From an uncultured Verrucomicrobiae bacterium (GTDB taxonomy: Bacteria; Verrucomicrobiota; Verrucomicrobiia; Chthoniobacterales; JAFAMB01), in contig CAWAIK010000005.1 in NCBI GenBank assembly GCA_963782115.1, positions 96,001 through 160,000 on the forward strand: a stretch of DNA of 64,000 nt, in the 5' to 3' direction. This document shows positions 1-10,230 of this stretch, in pieces (position 1 is the first letter of the stretch; each line of letters opens with the position of its first letter). The notes below the pieces were generated by a model that worked only from the letters and a program-made list of their open reading frames with translations, made no database searches and had not been told where the DNA came from. Both the position numbers and the translations under genes were made by a program.

Positions 1-1
1 C

Positions 2-1033
2 CTTAGGGAAGTAGCGGAACTAGCCGGGGTTTCTATCGCCACCGCCTCGATGGCATTGAGGGGTGGCGGGAACCTTCGGGAATCGACGCGCGTCCGGGTG
101 AGGACCTGTGCCAAACGTCTAAACTACACGCCTAATCAAATCGGGCGGACGCTGAACACCGGCAAGGCGAACGCAATTGCACTGCTCATGATGACGTCGG
201 TTTCATCGGCCGACATTGTTCGAGGGACGTCCCTGTTTTATCACCTGGTGAGGGGGGTGCTCTCCGTCGTGGACGAAGCGAAACACGGGCTTCGGCTCGA
301 CGTGAAAAGCCATGAGGACCCGGACCTGATGCAATATTTTGAGCAGGTGGTGGGTGGCCGCTTCCTTGATGGAATCATCATTGTCCCCCAATTCGTTCGC
401 GATTACGCCTTTATTCACACCCTGAAGAAAAATAATTTTCCTTACGTGCTAATGCGTCCCGCCTCGTTCGGGCGGGACATTAATTACGTGGATCTGCAAA
501 GTGATTACGGTGCTCAGCTCGTGGCGGAACTGTTTGCCAAACAGGGCCGCCGTCGCCTGGCGATGATCAATGGGCCGGCTCAACACTTGGATGCGATTGA
601 GAGGGAGAAGGGGTTTATGGAAGGGTTGGCAGGGGCAGGGCTCGATCGACTGACCAAAAGGTACGGCGATTTCACGATCCCCAGCGGCATCGCGGCGATG
701 AAAGATATTCTCCGAGAGTTTACGCCCGACGCGATTTTTTGCTCCAATGACTATATGGCCGCGGGGGCGATGAAGGTGTTGGCCGAATCCAAACTTCGGG
801 TTCCGGAAGATGTCGCGATCGTGGGCTACGACAATACCGATATTTGCATTGGCCTCACGCCCACCTTGACGACGATCGATTACCGCGCCGAGGAAGTGGG
901 AAGGTGCCTGGCGGGAGAATTGCTGGCCTTGATCGAGGGAAAGGTGAGTTCGATCCAGAAAGCCATTCAGCCCTTTCTGGTAGAGAGAGAATCGCATGGC
1001 CCGAACGGAAGGCCAGAGGTCCAGAGATCCTAG
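2..1033 (+). CDS. LacI-family transcriptional regulator (5' end outside window)
   Basis: Frame open from base 2 reads LREVAELAGVSIATASMAL (LacI HTH), hinge YTPNQIGRTL, C-terminal AIFCSNDYMAAG / VPEDVAIVGYD / LTTI. Confidence 0.93.
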   Translation, partial: LREVAELAGVSIATASMALRGGGNLRESTRVRVRTCAKRLNYTPNQIGRTLNTGKANAIALLMMTSVSSADIVRGTSLFYHLVRGVLSVVDEAKHGLRLDVKSHEDPDLMQYFEQVVGGRFLDGIIIVPQFVRDYAFIHTLKKNNFPYVLMRPASFGRDINYVDLQSDYGAQLVAELFAKQGRRRLAMINGPAQHLDAIEREKGFMEGLAGAGLDRLTKRYGDFTIPSGIAAMKDILREFTPDAIFCSNDYMAAGAMKVLAESKLRVPEDVAIVGYDNTDICIGLTPTLTTIDYRAEEVGRCLAGELLALIEGKVSSIQKAIQPFLVERESHGPNGRPEVQRS

Positions 1034-1364
1034 TTGCCGCGCCGAGATGCAGCTTCCTCTTTGCGCTTTATGCGCCTTATAACGCTGTCTGGCGGTAAAC
1101 CCGAAGGGAAAGAGGGCGGCCCCGCTCCACTCCGAAGTTTGTGAATCGGGTTGACAGGCCGTCAAAACGTATTCTCTATCTCGTGCTCTCGGCAGACCCG
1201 CACTGACGTCGCTCACGCCTGTGTCTCAGGCATCACTCAACCCGTGCAGCCGCTTTGGCATACTGAAATTTGGAGGGCGTGTGTTCGAGGATGAAATTCG
1301 ACTGATCTGTACCGCCGCCTCTGGTTTTCTCGCAACCAATTCGAGTATTTTCTGTAATAAAAAA

Positions 1365-1378
1365 GTAAAACGTTTAAA
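1365..1378. promoter_or_regulatory. Candidate LacI-family operator
   Basis: GTAAAACGTTTAAA with central CG palindrome AAACGTTT in an AT-rich intergenic region next to a LacI gene; related TTAACCGTTTAA near 1500. Confidence 0.4.
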
Positions 1379-1604
1379 TGCGCGATAAGGATGGGTCGGC
1401 TCGCATCTAAAATAAACGAACTAAATTTGTGCTTCTAGGGAAAATATTCTCAAAAAAGAATTTGACTCCTTAGAATTTGCGATTAAATGATTTATTAACT
1501 TAACCGTTTAACTTGCGGAGATTTAATGGCGGCTGCGCAAGGGAGAACGGCCCCACGGACCGGGGCGAATGGTCCAGTGCCGATTGTTTGGAAACCCCCT
1601 TAGA

Positions 1605-2567
1605 ATGAGTAAAACCGCGTTGTTGGAATCATCGAAGCTGACTGGCCCTGTTCCCGGTCGAGAGGTCAATGTCGTTTGGGCGCAACGGGAGACGCCTTCA
1701 TGCCGCCCAGGGAGCGCGAAGCAAGCTCCGAACTTAGCGGTACGGCTGCGCGCGCACTTGTCCAGTTTAACAGCCTTGGAAGCCTCGGCGCTGTTCACCC
1801 TCGTACACCGACGGGCTACCGGCGAGGACACCTTGCTTAAATGCGTGGCCGGGGAGACTGGTGTGTCGGAAGCCCTAATCGTTAAAATCGCCAAAAAGCT
1901 CGGCTTTGAAGGCTTTCGCCAGTTGCGGGAGGCTTTGGCCGAACACAACCGCTTGGCCCGGGCGGATCTGCACGAAGAGCTCTGCGTCGCTGAGGGAGCT
2001 TGCGCCCGCCTACAAAAGGTTTTGCGCGCCTCCGTGCAGGCGATAGAGCAAGGCTTAGCGAGCGTGTCGCCCGAAGCGCTGGAGCGGGCGGCCGATTGCC
2101 TGCACGCGGGCCGCCAACGCGACTTTTACGGCGTGGGTGGCTCGGGCCAGGTGGCCCGGGATGCCGCCCACCAGTTTCTGCGCATCGGGGTGCGTACTTC
2201 CGTTTTTGACGACAGCCAGCGGATGCTGATGTCGGCCACGCTGTTGCGGCGCGGGGATGTGGTGATGGCTTTTTCGCATTCGGGCAAGACGGCGGCGGTG
2301 GTGGAGGCGGCGCGCCAGGCACGCCAAAACGGGGCCGACCTCATCGCATTGACCAACCGATCAGACTCGCCGCTGGGCCGGGAATCGGACGTGGCGCTTT
2401 GTGCCAACCTAGACGGTTTGCCATGGGCGGGGGAGAATGCGGCGGCGCGCTTGGTACAGCTCAGCGTTCTGGACGCGCTCTTGAGCACCGTGGCCCAGAA
2501 AGATTACGCAGCTGCTCAGGCAAACCTTGGCCGCACCACCGCGGCCTTAGGTCGGAGTGGTTTTTAG
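1605..2567 (+). CDS. RpiR/MurR (AlsR-like) regulator, HTH plus SIS domain
   Basis: VSEALIVKIAKKLGFEGF HTH; FYGVGGS, FLRIG, SHSGKT, NAAARLVQL SIS motifs; start uncertain (1569 or 1605). Confidence 0.88.
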   Translation: MSKTALLESSKLTGPVPGREVNVVWAQRETPSCRPGSAKQAPNLAVRLRAHLSSLTALEASALFTLVHRRATGEDTLLKCVAGETGVSEALIVKIAKKLGFEGFRQLREALAEHNRLARADLHEELCVAEGACARLQKVLRASVQAIEQGLASVSPEALERAADCLHAGRQRDFYGVGGSGQVARDAAHQFLRIGVRTSVFDDSQRMLMSATLLRRGDVVMAFSHSGKTAAVVEAARQARQNGADLIALTNRSDSPLGRESDVALCANLDGLPWAGENAAARLVQLSVLDALLSTVAQKDYAAAQANLGRTTAALGRSGF

Positions 2568-2639
2568 GCCGTGTCAGGCTAGAAAGGTGCGCAGAATGTC
2601 GAGACCGAAGTCCTAAGAATGCTGCGGCAAGTTCATCGC

Positions 2640-2656
2640 ACTTTACGTCGTAAAGT
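2640..2656. promoter_or_regulatory. Perfect inverted repeat, candidate operator upstream of the sugar operon
   Basis: ACTTTACG-T-CGTAAAGT (8-bp arms), followed by TTGACG at 2675-2680. Confidence 0.4.
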
Positions 2657-2986
2657 TATTGTTTGGAGATGCTGTTGACGCAATAGAGAACCTGCTGATC
2701 TATTCAACTAAGCCCGCAATTCCAGAAACGAACGAAAACGAGAGTTTAAGAGCGGACAGGATTAATAACTCGAAAATGCCCCTGAAGGAGCAATTGCATT
2801 CCCCGCCATAACAACGCTAACCAAAAGTAAAGCGTCTCCCAAAATCGCTGCACTTCCAAGATGCCTGCTGGTCGGAATTCCGGCGTCTGCCTAACAGCAT
2901 ACAAATCGGTTCGTCCCGACTAACCCACTAATCTCCTTAGCAAATATCCCTTCGTGTCAGCGAATGCCTTAACAAGTTAGGTAAGT

Positions 2987-3559
2987 ATGACCAAAGCAAA
3001 TGATTTCGACGTAAGAACGCTTGGCACGCGCGCTTGCCAAGACCTTGAGGTCGTTTTCTCCAAATTCGAACCTTCCCACCTGGAAATACTCAGTCAGGAA
3101 CTCCTCGCCGCCAAGCGCATCGTCTGCTACGGCGTAGGCCGCGAAGGCCTCATGATGGCCGCTATCGCCATGCGCCTGATGCACGCAGGTTTCAAATCTT
3201 ACGTCGTGGGAGAAATGGTGACCCCGCCTGTGGGTGCGGGCGATGTCTTTTTTACCAGCGCTGGGCCGGGGCATTTTCCTATCATAGAGACCCTCTTAAA
3301 GGTGGCCCGGGAAGCGGGCGGCCGCACAGTCATCGTGACCGCTCAGCCCGCACGCGCGGCGGAAATGCCCGTGGACGTGATGATTCATCTGCCTGCCCAG
3401 ACCATGGTGGACGTGACGGCCGCACTGAGCGTCTTAACCATGGGCACCCATTACGAAGCGGCCTTGTTGTTGTTGGGCGATTTGCTGGTCCTGCGCCTTC
3501 TCGAGCTGACTAACCAAAAGCGCGAAGACATGTACACCCGGTACACCAACATGAAGTGA
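2987..3559 (+). CDS. SIS-domain sugar-phosphate isomerase (6-phospho-3-hexuloisomerase-like)
   Basis: YGVGREGL, AMRLMHAG, VVGEMVTPP, SAGPG, MGTHYE motifs of the PHI/HxlB family. Confidence 0.85.
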   Translation: MTKANDFDVRTLGTRACQDLEVVFSKFEPSHLEILSQELLAAKRIVCYGVGREGLMMAAIAMRLMHAGFKSYVVGEMVTPPVGAGDVFFTSAGPGHFPIIETLLKVAREAGGRTVIVTAQPARAAEMPVDVMIHLPAQTMVDVTAALSVLTMGTHYEAALLLLGDLLVLRLLELTNQKREDMYTRYTNMK

Positions 3560-3622
3560 AATGTTTCCTCCGTCCCTACTATATCAAACACCACCACTAA
3601 CCAACTACTCCAAAATCTAAGA

Positions 3623-4666
3623 ATGCATTCCCCCATGAAACGCAACGTATTGTTAGCCGTCGCATTGACAGCGCCTTTTTTGTTTACCGCCACCTTGGCG
3701 CGCGCAGAAGAACCCTGTTCGGCCTATCCCACCGGTACGGCCGAGAAAATCGAGTCGGTCGATTTGGGGAAAACTTTCGGCGCCGTGCCCGCCCCAAAAA
3801 AGCCGCTTCATTTTGTTTATGTAACGAAGACCTTGATCAACGAATTCTGGCAAGACGTTTCGGCAGGAATTAAAAGTGAGGCGGCCAAATACAACATTCG
3901 GGTCGACGTTCAGGCCCCAAAAGACGAGTCCTCCCTCGTTGAGCAACTGAACCTCGCGCAAACGATGCTATCGCAGAAACCGGACGCTTTGTTGCTTTCA
4001 CCGCAGTCCGATTCAAACATGGTCCCGGTAGTCCAAGCGGCCAAGAAGCTTAACATCCCGACTGTTGTTATCGACGATGCGCGGACCGAAGGCGCCAGCA
4101 CGTACGTTGGCACCGACCAGGTCGCCATCGGGGCCAGTGCGGCGGAGTTCCTGCACAAACTCTATCCGGATGGCGCCAAGATTGCTCAGATCGAAGGGCA
4201 AGCCGGTTCTCCCAACGCGCGGAAGCGGATTCAAGGGTTTACCGAGACGGTCAAAAAATATAGCAACCTGAAGCTGGTCGCGAGCCAACCTGGTAACTGG
4301 GACCGGATGACCGCCCTGAATGTGACCTCCAACATCTTGCGGCAGAACCCTGATCTGGGGGGTATTTACGCTAACAATGACGGCATGGCCTTAGGTGTCT
4401 TCGAGGCGGTCAAAAATGCCGGTAAACAAAGGCAGGTCGCGGTGGTCGGCACGGATGGCATCCGTGAAGCCAAGCGGTCCGTCGGCGCCGGCGAAATGCG
4501 CGCTACGGTAGCCGAATTCCCTTATGATGAGGGCGTGCTTGGTGTGCAAGCGGCCTTACGACTCCTGGGCTGCCAGGCCATCCCTCCTTGGGTCGTGTCG
4601 CCGCAGGCAGTCATCACCAGCGACAACGTCAAGGACTTCCCCAATCCGCCCGCCTTCAAAAAGTAA
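3623..4666 (+). CDS. Monosaccharide ABC transporter substrate-binding protein (AlsB/RbsB-like)
   Basis: Signal peptide ending ARA; KTLINEFW, IEGQAG, VASQPGNWDR, ANNDGMALG, VVGTDG. Confidence 0.92.
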   Translation: MHSPMKRNVLLAVALTAPFLFTATLARAEEPCSAYPTGTAEKIESVDLGKTFGAVPAPKKPLHFVYVTKTLINEFWQDVSAGIKSEAAKYNIRVDVQAPKDESSLVEQLNLAQTMLSQKPDALLLSPQSDSNMVPVVQAAKKLNIPTVVIDDARTEGASTYVGTDQVAIGASAAEFLHKLYPDGAKIAQIEGQAGSPNARKRIQGFTETVKKYSNLKLVASQPGNWDRMTALNVTSNILRQNPDLGGIYANNDGMALGVFEAVKNAGKQRQVAVVGTDGIREAKRSVGAGEMRATVAEFPYDEGVLGVQAALRLLGCQAIPPWVVSPQAVITSDNVKDFPNPPAFKK

Positions 4667-4694
4667 GATCATGTCCTATTTCGTGAAGGAAACA

Positions 4695-6230
4695 ATGCAG
4701 ATCCCGAATGTTGATCCCTCTCCGAAGTTGCTGCTCCAATTGAAAGGCATCGTCAAAGCGTTTGCGGGCGTCCAAGCGCTGAAGGGAGTGGATTTTGACC
4801 TCAGGGCAGGAGAAGTCCACGCCCTGATGGGCGAAAACGGGGCTGGTAAATCGACCTTGATGAAGATCCTCTTCGGCGTGCAGCCGCCGGATTCTGGTAC
4901 GATCGAAATCGATGGCCACGGCGAAGTCGCCATCGACGATCCACGACACGCTCTCGCGCTGGGAGTTGGATTGGTCAGCCAGGAGCCAAGCCTGGTTCCC
5001 CAGCTCGATGTCGCGCAGAACATTTTCCTGGGGCAAACCGATGCGCTCAACGTGGTCAAGCGAGCGGAGTTCCAGGCCAAAGCGAGAGAGATTTTGCAGC
5101 CGCTCGCTCCGCGGCTCTCGGTCACCACCCGGGTGTCGTCTCTTGGGATGGCAGAGCTGCAGGTCGTTGAAATTGCTCGAACCTTAGCGCGAGGCGCCAA
5201 GATCATCGGGTTTGACGAACCCACTTCCAGCCTCACACCGGCAGAACGAGATGGGTTATTCGCCCTCATTCGACAATTAAAAAACAGCGGGAAGGGAATC
5301 ATTTATATTTCACATCGAATTCCTGAAGTTTACGCCATTTCCGATCGCGTAACAGTCCTCAGAGATGGTCAAGTAGTGGCAAACCGTGCGACGAGGGACG
5401 TCGCCCCAGACGACCTGATCAACTTGATCGCCGGACGACGCCTGGCGGAAGAATTGCACCGCCCGATAAAACCAAGTGCACTTCAGGGTCGGACAGAAGC
5501 CTTGAGGCTCGAAGGCGTCTGCGCGGAAGGAAAATTGAGCGGCATCAACCTAACGGTGCACACCGGCGAAATCTTCGGTTTAGCCGGGTTGGTCGGTTCC
5601 GGCCGGACGGAGCTGGTGCGATGTATCTTTGGCGCCGATCGCAAAGATGCCGGGACGATCTATGTGAACGGAAAGCCGCTCAACGTCCAAAGCTCCTCGG
5701 ACGCCATAGCCGCCGGAATCGCTCTGATTCCGGAGGACCGGCGCAAACAGGCTCTCGTGCCGGTCATGGACGTGGAACGAAATTTTGGACTCGCGAACTA
5801 TCGGCAGTACGCGCCTTCCGGCTTTTTGCGGCTCAAGCAACGGCGAAAGGCTATCGAGCGCTACATTGAAGAAATGTCTATTCGTCCTCGCCGTGCCGGA
5901 GTTCGGATACGCAATCTTTCCGGAGGCAATCAGCAGAAAGTGGTGATTGCCCGCTGGCTTCAATCGGGTGCTAGGATTCTTCTCTTCGATGAACCGACTC
6001 GCGGAATAGACGTCGGCGCCAAATTTGAAATTCACGAACTGATGCGCCGCTTGGCCAAAGATGGATGCGCTCTTTTGGTGATCTCCTCCGAATTGCCGGA
6101 AGTCTTGGCCCTTTGCGACCGCATCGGAATCATGCGCGGAGGCCGGTTAGTCAATACTTTCGATGACTGTTCCCAGTTAAATGAGGATCTACTTATGAAA
6201 TATGCCAGCGGGGAGGTCGCTCTCGTATGA
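4695..6230 (+). CDS. Monosaccharide ABC transporter ATPase (two ABC domains)
   Basis: GENGAGKST, DEPT, LSGGNQQKV, DEPTRGIDVGAK; AAGGA RBS before ATG 4695. Confidence 0.95.
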   Translation: MQIPNVDPSPKLLLQLKGIVKAFAGVQALKGVDFDLRAGEVHALMGENGAGKSTLMKILFGVQPPDSGTIEIDGHGEVAIDDPRHALALGVGLVSQEPSLVPQLDVAQNIFLGQTDALNVVKRAEFQAKAREILQPLAPRLSVTTRVSSLGMAELQVVEIARTLARGAKIIGFDEPTSSLTPAERDGLFALIRQLKNSGKGIIYISHRIPEVYAISDRVTVLRDGQVVANRATRDVAPDDLINLIAGRRLAEELHRPIKPSALQGRTEALRLEGVCAEGKLSGINLTVHTGEIFGLAGLVGSGRTELVRCIFGADRKDAGTIYVNGKPLNVQSSSDAIAAGIALIPEDRRKQALVPVMDVERNFGLANYRQYAPSGFLRLKQRRKAIERYIEEMSIRPRRAGVRIRNLSGGNQQKVVIARWLQSGARILLFDEPTRGIDVGAKFEIHELMRRLAKDGCALLVISSELPEVLALCDRIGIMRGGRLVNTFDDCSQLNEDLLMKYASGEVALV

Positions 6231-7219
6231 CCAGCGAACCTCTATCTTCCTCTTCGGCTCCCGCCGAAACGCCTATCAAATCCCAGAAAAAAGGCGTTCA
6301 AATGGAATGGGTGAGGCGCGCCAGTGTTCTCGTCGGCGTCGCACTGCTTTTCATCTTATTTTCAGTCCTCACTCAGAGTTTCTACCAGCCGGCGAACCTA
6401 CTGGACATCCTGCTGCAATCCTCGATCAACACGATGATTGCAGTCGGCATGACGCTAGTGGTGATGACGCGTGGTATCGACCTTTCGGTCGGGTCAGTGG
6501 TGGGTCTTAGCAGCATGATCGCAGCCAGTTTTCTGCAGGGAAACCTTTTGCTAGGAACTATGGCTGGGATGCTAGTAGGAGTGGTCTGTGGTTTGGTGAA
6601 CGGCCTCCTGATCGCCAAGCTCAAGCTGCCTGACTTTATCGTTACGTTAGGCATGCTCAGCATCTATCGCGGGCTGGCCCTCATCTACACGGACGGTAAG
6701 CCCATCTATGGCATCGATCCCACGTTTCGTGCCATCTTTGCAGGCGACCTGGCCGGCATTCCCACGCCGGTGCTCCTTGCCCTGGCGATCGCGTTCGTGG
6801 CATTCCTGCTGGTGCGCTACACGGCTTTGGGAGAGCAGATCATCGCCGTGGGCGGCAACGAAGAAGCGGCTCGACTTTCCGGGATCAACATCGACCGCGT
6901 CAAAATCTGCGTTTATGCGATCTCCGGATTGCTGGCAAGCCTGGCCGGTTTTGTCCTGATCGGCCGGGTGGGTGCAGCCGAACCGATTGGCGGTACGGGA
7001 TTCGAACTGCAAGCCATCGGCGCGGCCGTCATCGGCGGTGCGAGCCTCTTTGGCGGCGAGGGCAACCCCTTGGGGTCCCTGATTGGTGCCCTGACATTGG
7101 GCGCGATGCAGAATGGCTTGACGTTGTTAAATGTCCCGTCTTTCTGGCAACTCGTGGCAACCGGCGTGGTCGTCATCCTGGCCGTATTTGCAGACCAGGC
7201 CACCCGGAAGCGGCAATAA
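6227..7219 (+). CDS. Monosaccharide ABC transporter permease (RbsC/AlsC-like)
   Basis: GIDLSVGS, AVGGNEEAARLSGI, IGAAVIGGASLFGG; ATGA overlap with the ATPase. Confidence 0.95.
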   Translation: MTSEPLSSSSAPAETPIKSQKKGVQMEWVRRASVLVGVALLFILFSVLTQSFYQPANLLDILLQSSINTMIAVGMTLVVMTRGIDLSVGSVVGLSSMIAASFLQGNLLLGTMAGMLVGVVCGLVNGLLIAKLKLPDFIVTLGMLSIYRGLALIYTDGKPIYGIDPTFRAIFAGDLAGIPTPVLLALAIAFVAFLLVRYTALGEQIIAVGGNEEAARLSGINIDRVKICVYAISGLLASLAGFVLIGRVGAAEPIGGTGFELQAIGAAVIGGASLFGGEGNPLGSLIGALTLGAMQNGLTLLNVPSFWQLVATGVVVILAVFADQATRKRQ

Positions 7220-7235
7220 AGGGGAGAAGTGACGC

Positions 7236-8138
7236 ATGTTGGACGCCCAGCCAATCATTGACCCGCACCACCATCTTTGGGACCTCGAGCGCAATAAGTA
7301 TCCATGGCTGCAGGACCGCACTTTGGCGCCGCGCCTGGAAGGCGACATCCGATCCATTGCCAAGGACTATCTGCTGGAGGACTATTGGGCGGACACCCGC
7401 AACCAGAACGTGGTGAAATCCGTGCATGTTGAGTGCGGGTGGGATCCGTCCAACCCAGTGGGCGAGACCGAGTGGTTGCAACGACTCGCCGATCAGCACG
7501 GTTCCCCCCACGGGATCGTGGCCCGTGCGACCTTGGATGCGCGGAACGTTGAGCAGGTGCTGGAGGGTCACTCCCGCCACAAGAACATTCGTGGCATTCG
7601 TCACGCCATCAATTGGCATCCTGACCCCGCCAAGACCTACGTGAACCGTCCTGACCTGATCCAGACGAAAGCATGGCGACACGGCTTTAGCCTGCTCCAA
7701 CGGTTTGGCTTATCTTTTGACCTTCAGCTTTACCCCGCTCAGATGGCCGACGCCGCCGCGCTGGCGCGTGCTTATCCTGATGTCCTGATCATCCTTAACC
7801 ACGCTGGAATGCCCGTAGACCGCGACGAGGAAGGCATTCGTCTTTGGCAGCGCGGCATGCGGGAACTGGCGGCTGCTCCCAACGTCGTGGTCAAGATCTC
7901 AGGACTGGGCACGGTGGACTGGAACTGGACGATGGAAAGCATTGGTCCCTTTGTCCTTGAGACGATTGAGGCCTTTGGCATTCCCCGATGCATGTTCGCC
8001 AGCAATTTTCCCGTGGACAAACTCTACAGCGACTTCGACACCCTCTACGCGGCTTTTCGCGAGATAACCAAACATTTTAGCGTGGACGAGCGCCAGATGC
8101 TCTTTCACGACAACGCTGCGCGTTACTACCGCCTTTAA
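7236..8138 (+). CDS. Amidohydrolase-family protein (sugar lactonase-like)
   Basis: IDPHHHLWD, GIRH, LSFDLQ, ILNHAG, VKISG, FASNFPVD. Confidence 0.88.
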   Translation: MLDAQPIIDPHHHLWDLERNKYPWLQDRTLAPRLEGDIRSIAKDYLLEDYWADTRNQNVVKSVHVECGWDPSNPVGETEWLQRLADQHGSPHGIVARATLDARNVEQVLEGHSRHKNIRGIRHAINWHPDPAKTYVNRPDLIQTKAWRHGFSLLQRFGLSFDLQLYPAQMADAAALARAYPDVLIILNHAGMPVDRDEEGIRLWQRGMRELAAAPNVVVKISGLGTVDWNWTMESIGPFVLETIEAFGIPRCMFASNFPVDKLYSDFDTLYAAFREITKHFSVDERQMLFHDNAARYYRL

Positions 8139-8139
8139 A

Positions 8140-8344
8140 CAGTGGTCAGTGTCAGTTGGCAGTGCCAGTTCGAGAGCAATGCCCCAGTTAACTCATAGCT
8201 AATGCTCTGGAATGGCAAGGCCAAGATTCAATAAACAATCATCAGGACCAAAACCAGAGCTTATGGCGGCACCCGCGCACTGACACTGACACTGACTACT
8301 AACACTGACTACTAACACTAACACTGACACTGACACTGACAACT
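8140..8344. repeat. Short tandem repeat tracts in inverted orientation
   Basis: CAGTGGTCAGTGTCAGTTGGCAGTGCCAGT at 8140-8169 and (ACTGAC/ACTAAC)-type array at 8278-8344, mutually complementary. Confidence 0.85.
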
Positions 8345-8350
8345 TCTTCC

Positions 8351-9328
8351 ATGAAATACGCTTCCAGATTGAATTCGTTTTCGTCTTGCCCAGAACGTTG
8401 TTGGGGAACCGCCACTTACAAACCCAGCCCGCTGGAGTTGATTAAGCGTGCCAGCGGCGTTCGCGGGCTCTCTGCCGTTGACCTGAATTATCCAGATCAC
8501 TTTGCAGGCCCCAAACCTGAACAAATCATCTCCGTTGCTCGCGATCAGGGATTGACAGTGAACGGAATCGCGATGCGCTACTACTCCGACCCTGGGTTTA
8601 AATTGGGAGCGTTCACCCACCCGGATTCACGCGTCCGGCAAGCCGCCATCGACCTCACCAAGAAGGCGATGGATCTCCTCGAGCAAACGGGCGGTAACTT
8701 ACTCACCATTTGGCTCGGCCAAGACGGTTGGGAGTATCCTTTTCAGGTGGATTACGAAGCCATTTGGGAAGCGGAAACCGACGCTATTCGGGAAGTCGCT
8801 GACCACAATCATTCCATTCAGATAAGCATCGAATACAAGCCTAGCGAGCCGCGCAGTTTCAGTCTGCTGTCGAACCTCGGGATGACATTGCTGGCCCTCA
8901 AAAAGGTGGACCGCCCAAACCTTGGCGTCACCCTAGACTTCGCTCACGTCCTTTACGCCGGCGAACTCCCCGCCTTTGCCACCGCCATGATTCAGCGCGA
9001 AAGCCAGCTCTTGGGCATCCACCTCAACGATGGGTACGGCCGTCGTGACGACGGCCTGATGGTCGGTGCAGTCAACCTGATGCAGACGTTGGAGCTGCTG
9101 TTCCAACTCATCCGAAAAGGCTTCGATGGCGTCATCTACTTTGACACTTTTCCCGACGTTACCGGTCTAGACCCGGTTCAGGAATGCGAGAACAACATTG
9201 CGATGGTGAACGCCCTCTGGGGAGTGGCCAAGCGACTAACGGACCAAAAGGATTTGCTGCAGGCGATTAAGCGCCAGGATGCGGTCGTTAGCCAGAATCT
9301 GATTCGACAAGCCATCTTAGGCGCCTGA
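8351..9328 (+). CDS. Xylose-isomerase-like TIM-barrel sugar isomerase
   Basis: GAFTHPD, WLGQDGWEYPFQ, IEYKPSEPR, LDFAH, HLND..DD, YFDTFP metal-binding motifs. Confidence 0.87.
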   Translation: MKYASRLNSFSSCPERCWGTATYKPSPLELIKRASGVRGLSAVDLNYPDHFAGPKPEQIISVARDQGLTVNGIAMRYYSDPGFKLGAFTHPDSRVRQAAIDLTKKAMDLLEQTGGNLLTIWLGQDGWEYPFQVDYEAIWEAETDAIREVADHNHSIQISIEYKPSEPRSFSLLSNLGMTLLALKKVDRPNLGVTLDFAHVLYAGELPAFATAMIQRESQLLGIHLNDGYGRRDDGLMVGAVNLMQTLELLFQLIRKGFDGVIYFDTFPDVTGLDPVQECENNIAMVNALWGVAKRLTDQKDLLQAIKRQDAVVSQNLIRQAILGA

Positions 9329-9340
9329 AGGGAGCAGATA

Positions 9341-9405
9341 GTAAGCCGTCCCGGCTTACCTCCGGTTGCGCGGGCTGAAGAGGTAAGGCGAGACGCCTTA
9401 CTTAC
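9341..9405. repeat. REP-like palindromes (2 copies)
   Basis: GTAAGCCG-TCC-CGGCTTAC (9341-9359) and GTAAGGCG-AGA-CGCCTTAC-TTAC (9383-9405). Confidence 0.8.
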
Positions 9406-9458
9406 GACCTGCCCACATAGGTGAGTCAGAAACAAAAGAGAGTTAGAAAGAAATAATC

Positions 9459-10208
9459 ATGTTATTAGAAGATCGAGTCGCCGTCATTTCGGGCGCAGCG
9501 ACGCAAAAAGGAATTGGACTAGCCACCGCGCAGCTTTTCGCGGAAAACGGAGCTGCCGTGGCTATTCTGGATTTAGAACGTCAAGCCCCGGCGCAAGTCG
9601 CAACCTCGATTGGAAAGAGGCATCGTGGTTACGTGTGCGACGTGACCAAAAAGGATCAATGCGAAGGAGTGGCGCGACAAATCATCGAAGATTTTGGCGG
9701 AGTGGACATTCTGATTAACAATGCAGGGATCACGCAACCCATTCGTATTATGGGGATTGAACCTCATCACTATGATGCGGTGTTAGACGTTAACCTGCGA
9801 GGCATGTTGTACCTTTCGCAGGCTTTTATCCCGCACATGATCAGCCGAGGAAAAGGGTCCATCGCGTCGACCTCGTCAGTTTCCGCTCTGACGGGCGGAG
9901 GGTTCTTCGGAGGGCCGCATTACTCGGCCGCAAAAGCCGGGATGCTGGGACTGACCAAGGACATGGCCCGCGAGCTTGGGCCCAAAGGGATTCGAGTCAA
10001 CGCGGTGGCACCCGGGATGGTCGACACCGACATCCGCGGTGATCTCATGAGCCAGGAGATCTTTGACAAAATTCTGAGCACCATCCCGATGGGGCGCATC
10101 GCCAGCCCGCGGGAAATCGCGAGCGCGTTTTTGTTTTTGGCCTCCGACCTCTCCTCCTTCGTTAACGGAGCGACCATTGACGTCAATGGCGGTATGTATA
10201 TCCGCTAG
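9459..10208 (+). CDS. Short-chain dehydrogenase/reductase
   Basis: SGA..KGIG, NNAG, YSAAK, NAVAPG, VNGG. Confidence 0.93.
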   Translation: MLLEDRVAVISGAATQKGIGLATAQLFAENGAAVAILDLERQAPAQVATSIGKRHRGYVCDVTKKDQCEGVARQIIEDFGGVDILINNAGITQPIRIMGIEPHHYDAVLDVNLRGMLYLSQAFIPHMISRGKGSIASTSSVSALTGGGFFGGPHYSAAKAGMLGLTKDMARELGPKGIRVNAVAPGMVDTDIRGDLMSQEIFDKILSTIPMGRIASPREIASAFLFLASDLSSFVNGATIDVNGGMYIR

Positions 10209-10230
10209 GGCACTTTTTGAGGTTTTATAT

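Noticed and set aside
1034..1320. Possible riboswitch or sRNA after LacI
   Set aside because: Some GC stems and a TTGACA, but no recognisable RNA family motif and no well-spaced -10
2987..3559. RuMP formaldehyde fixation via hxlB
   Set aside because: No hexulose-6-phosphate synthase (hxlA) in the window; the context is sugar uptake
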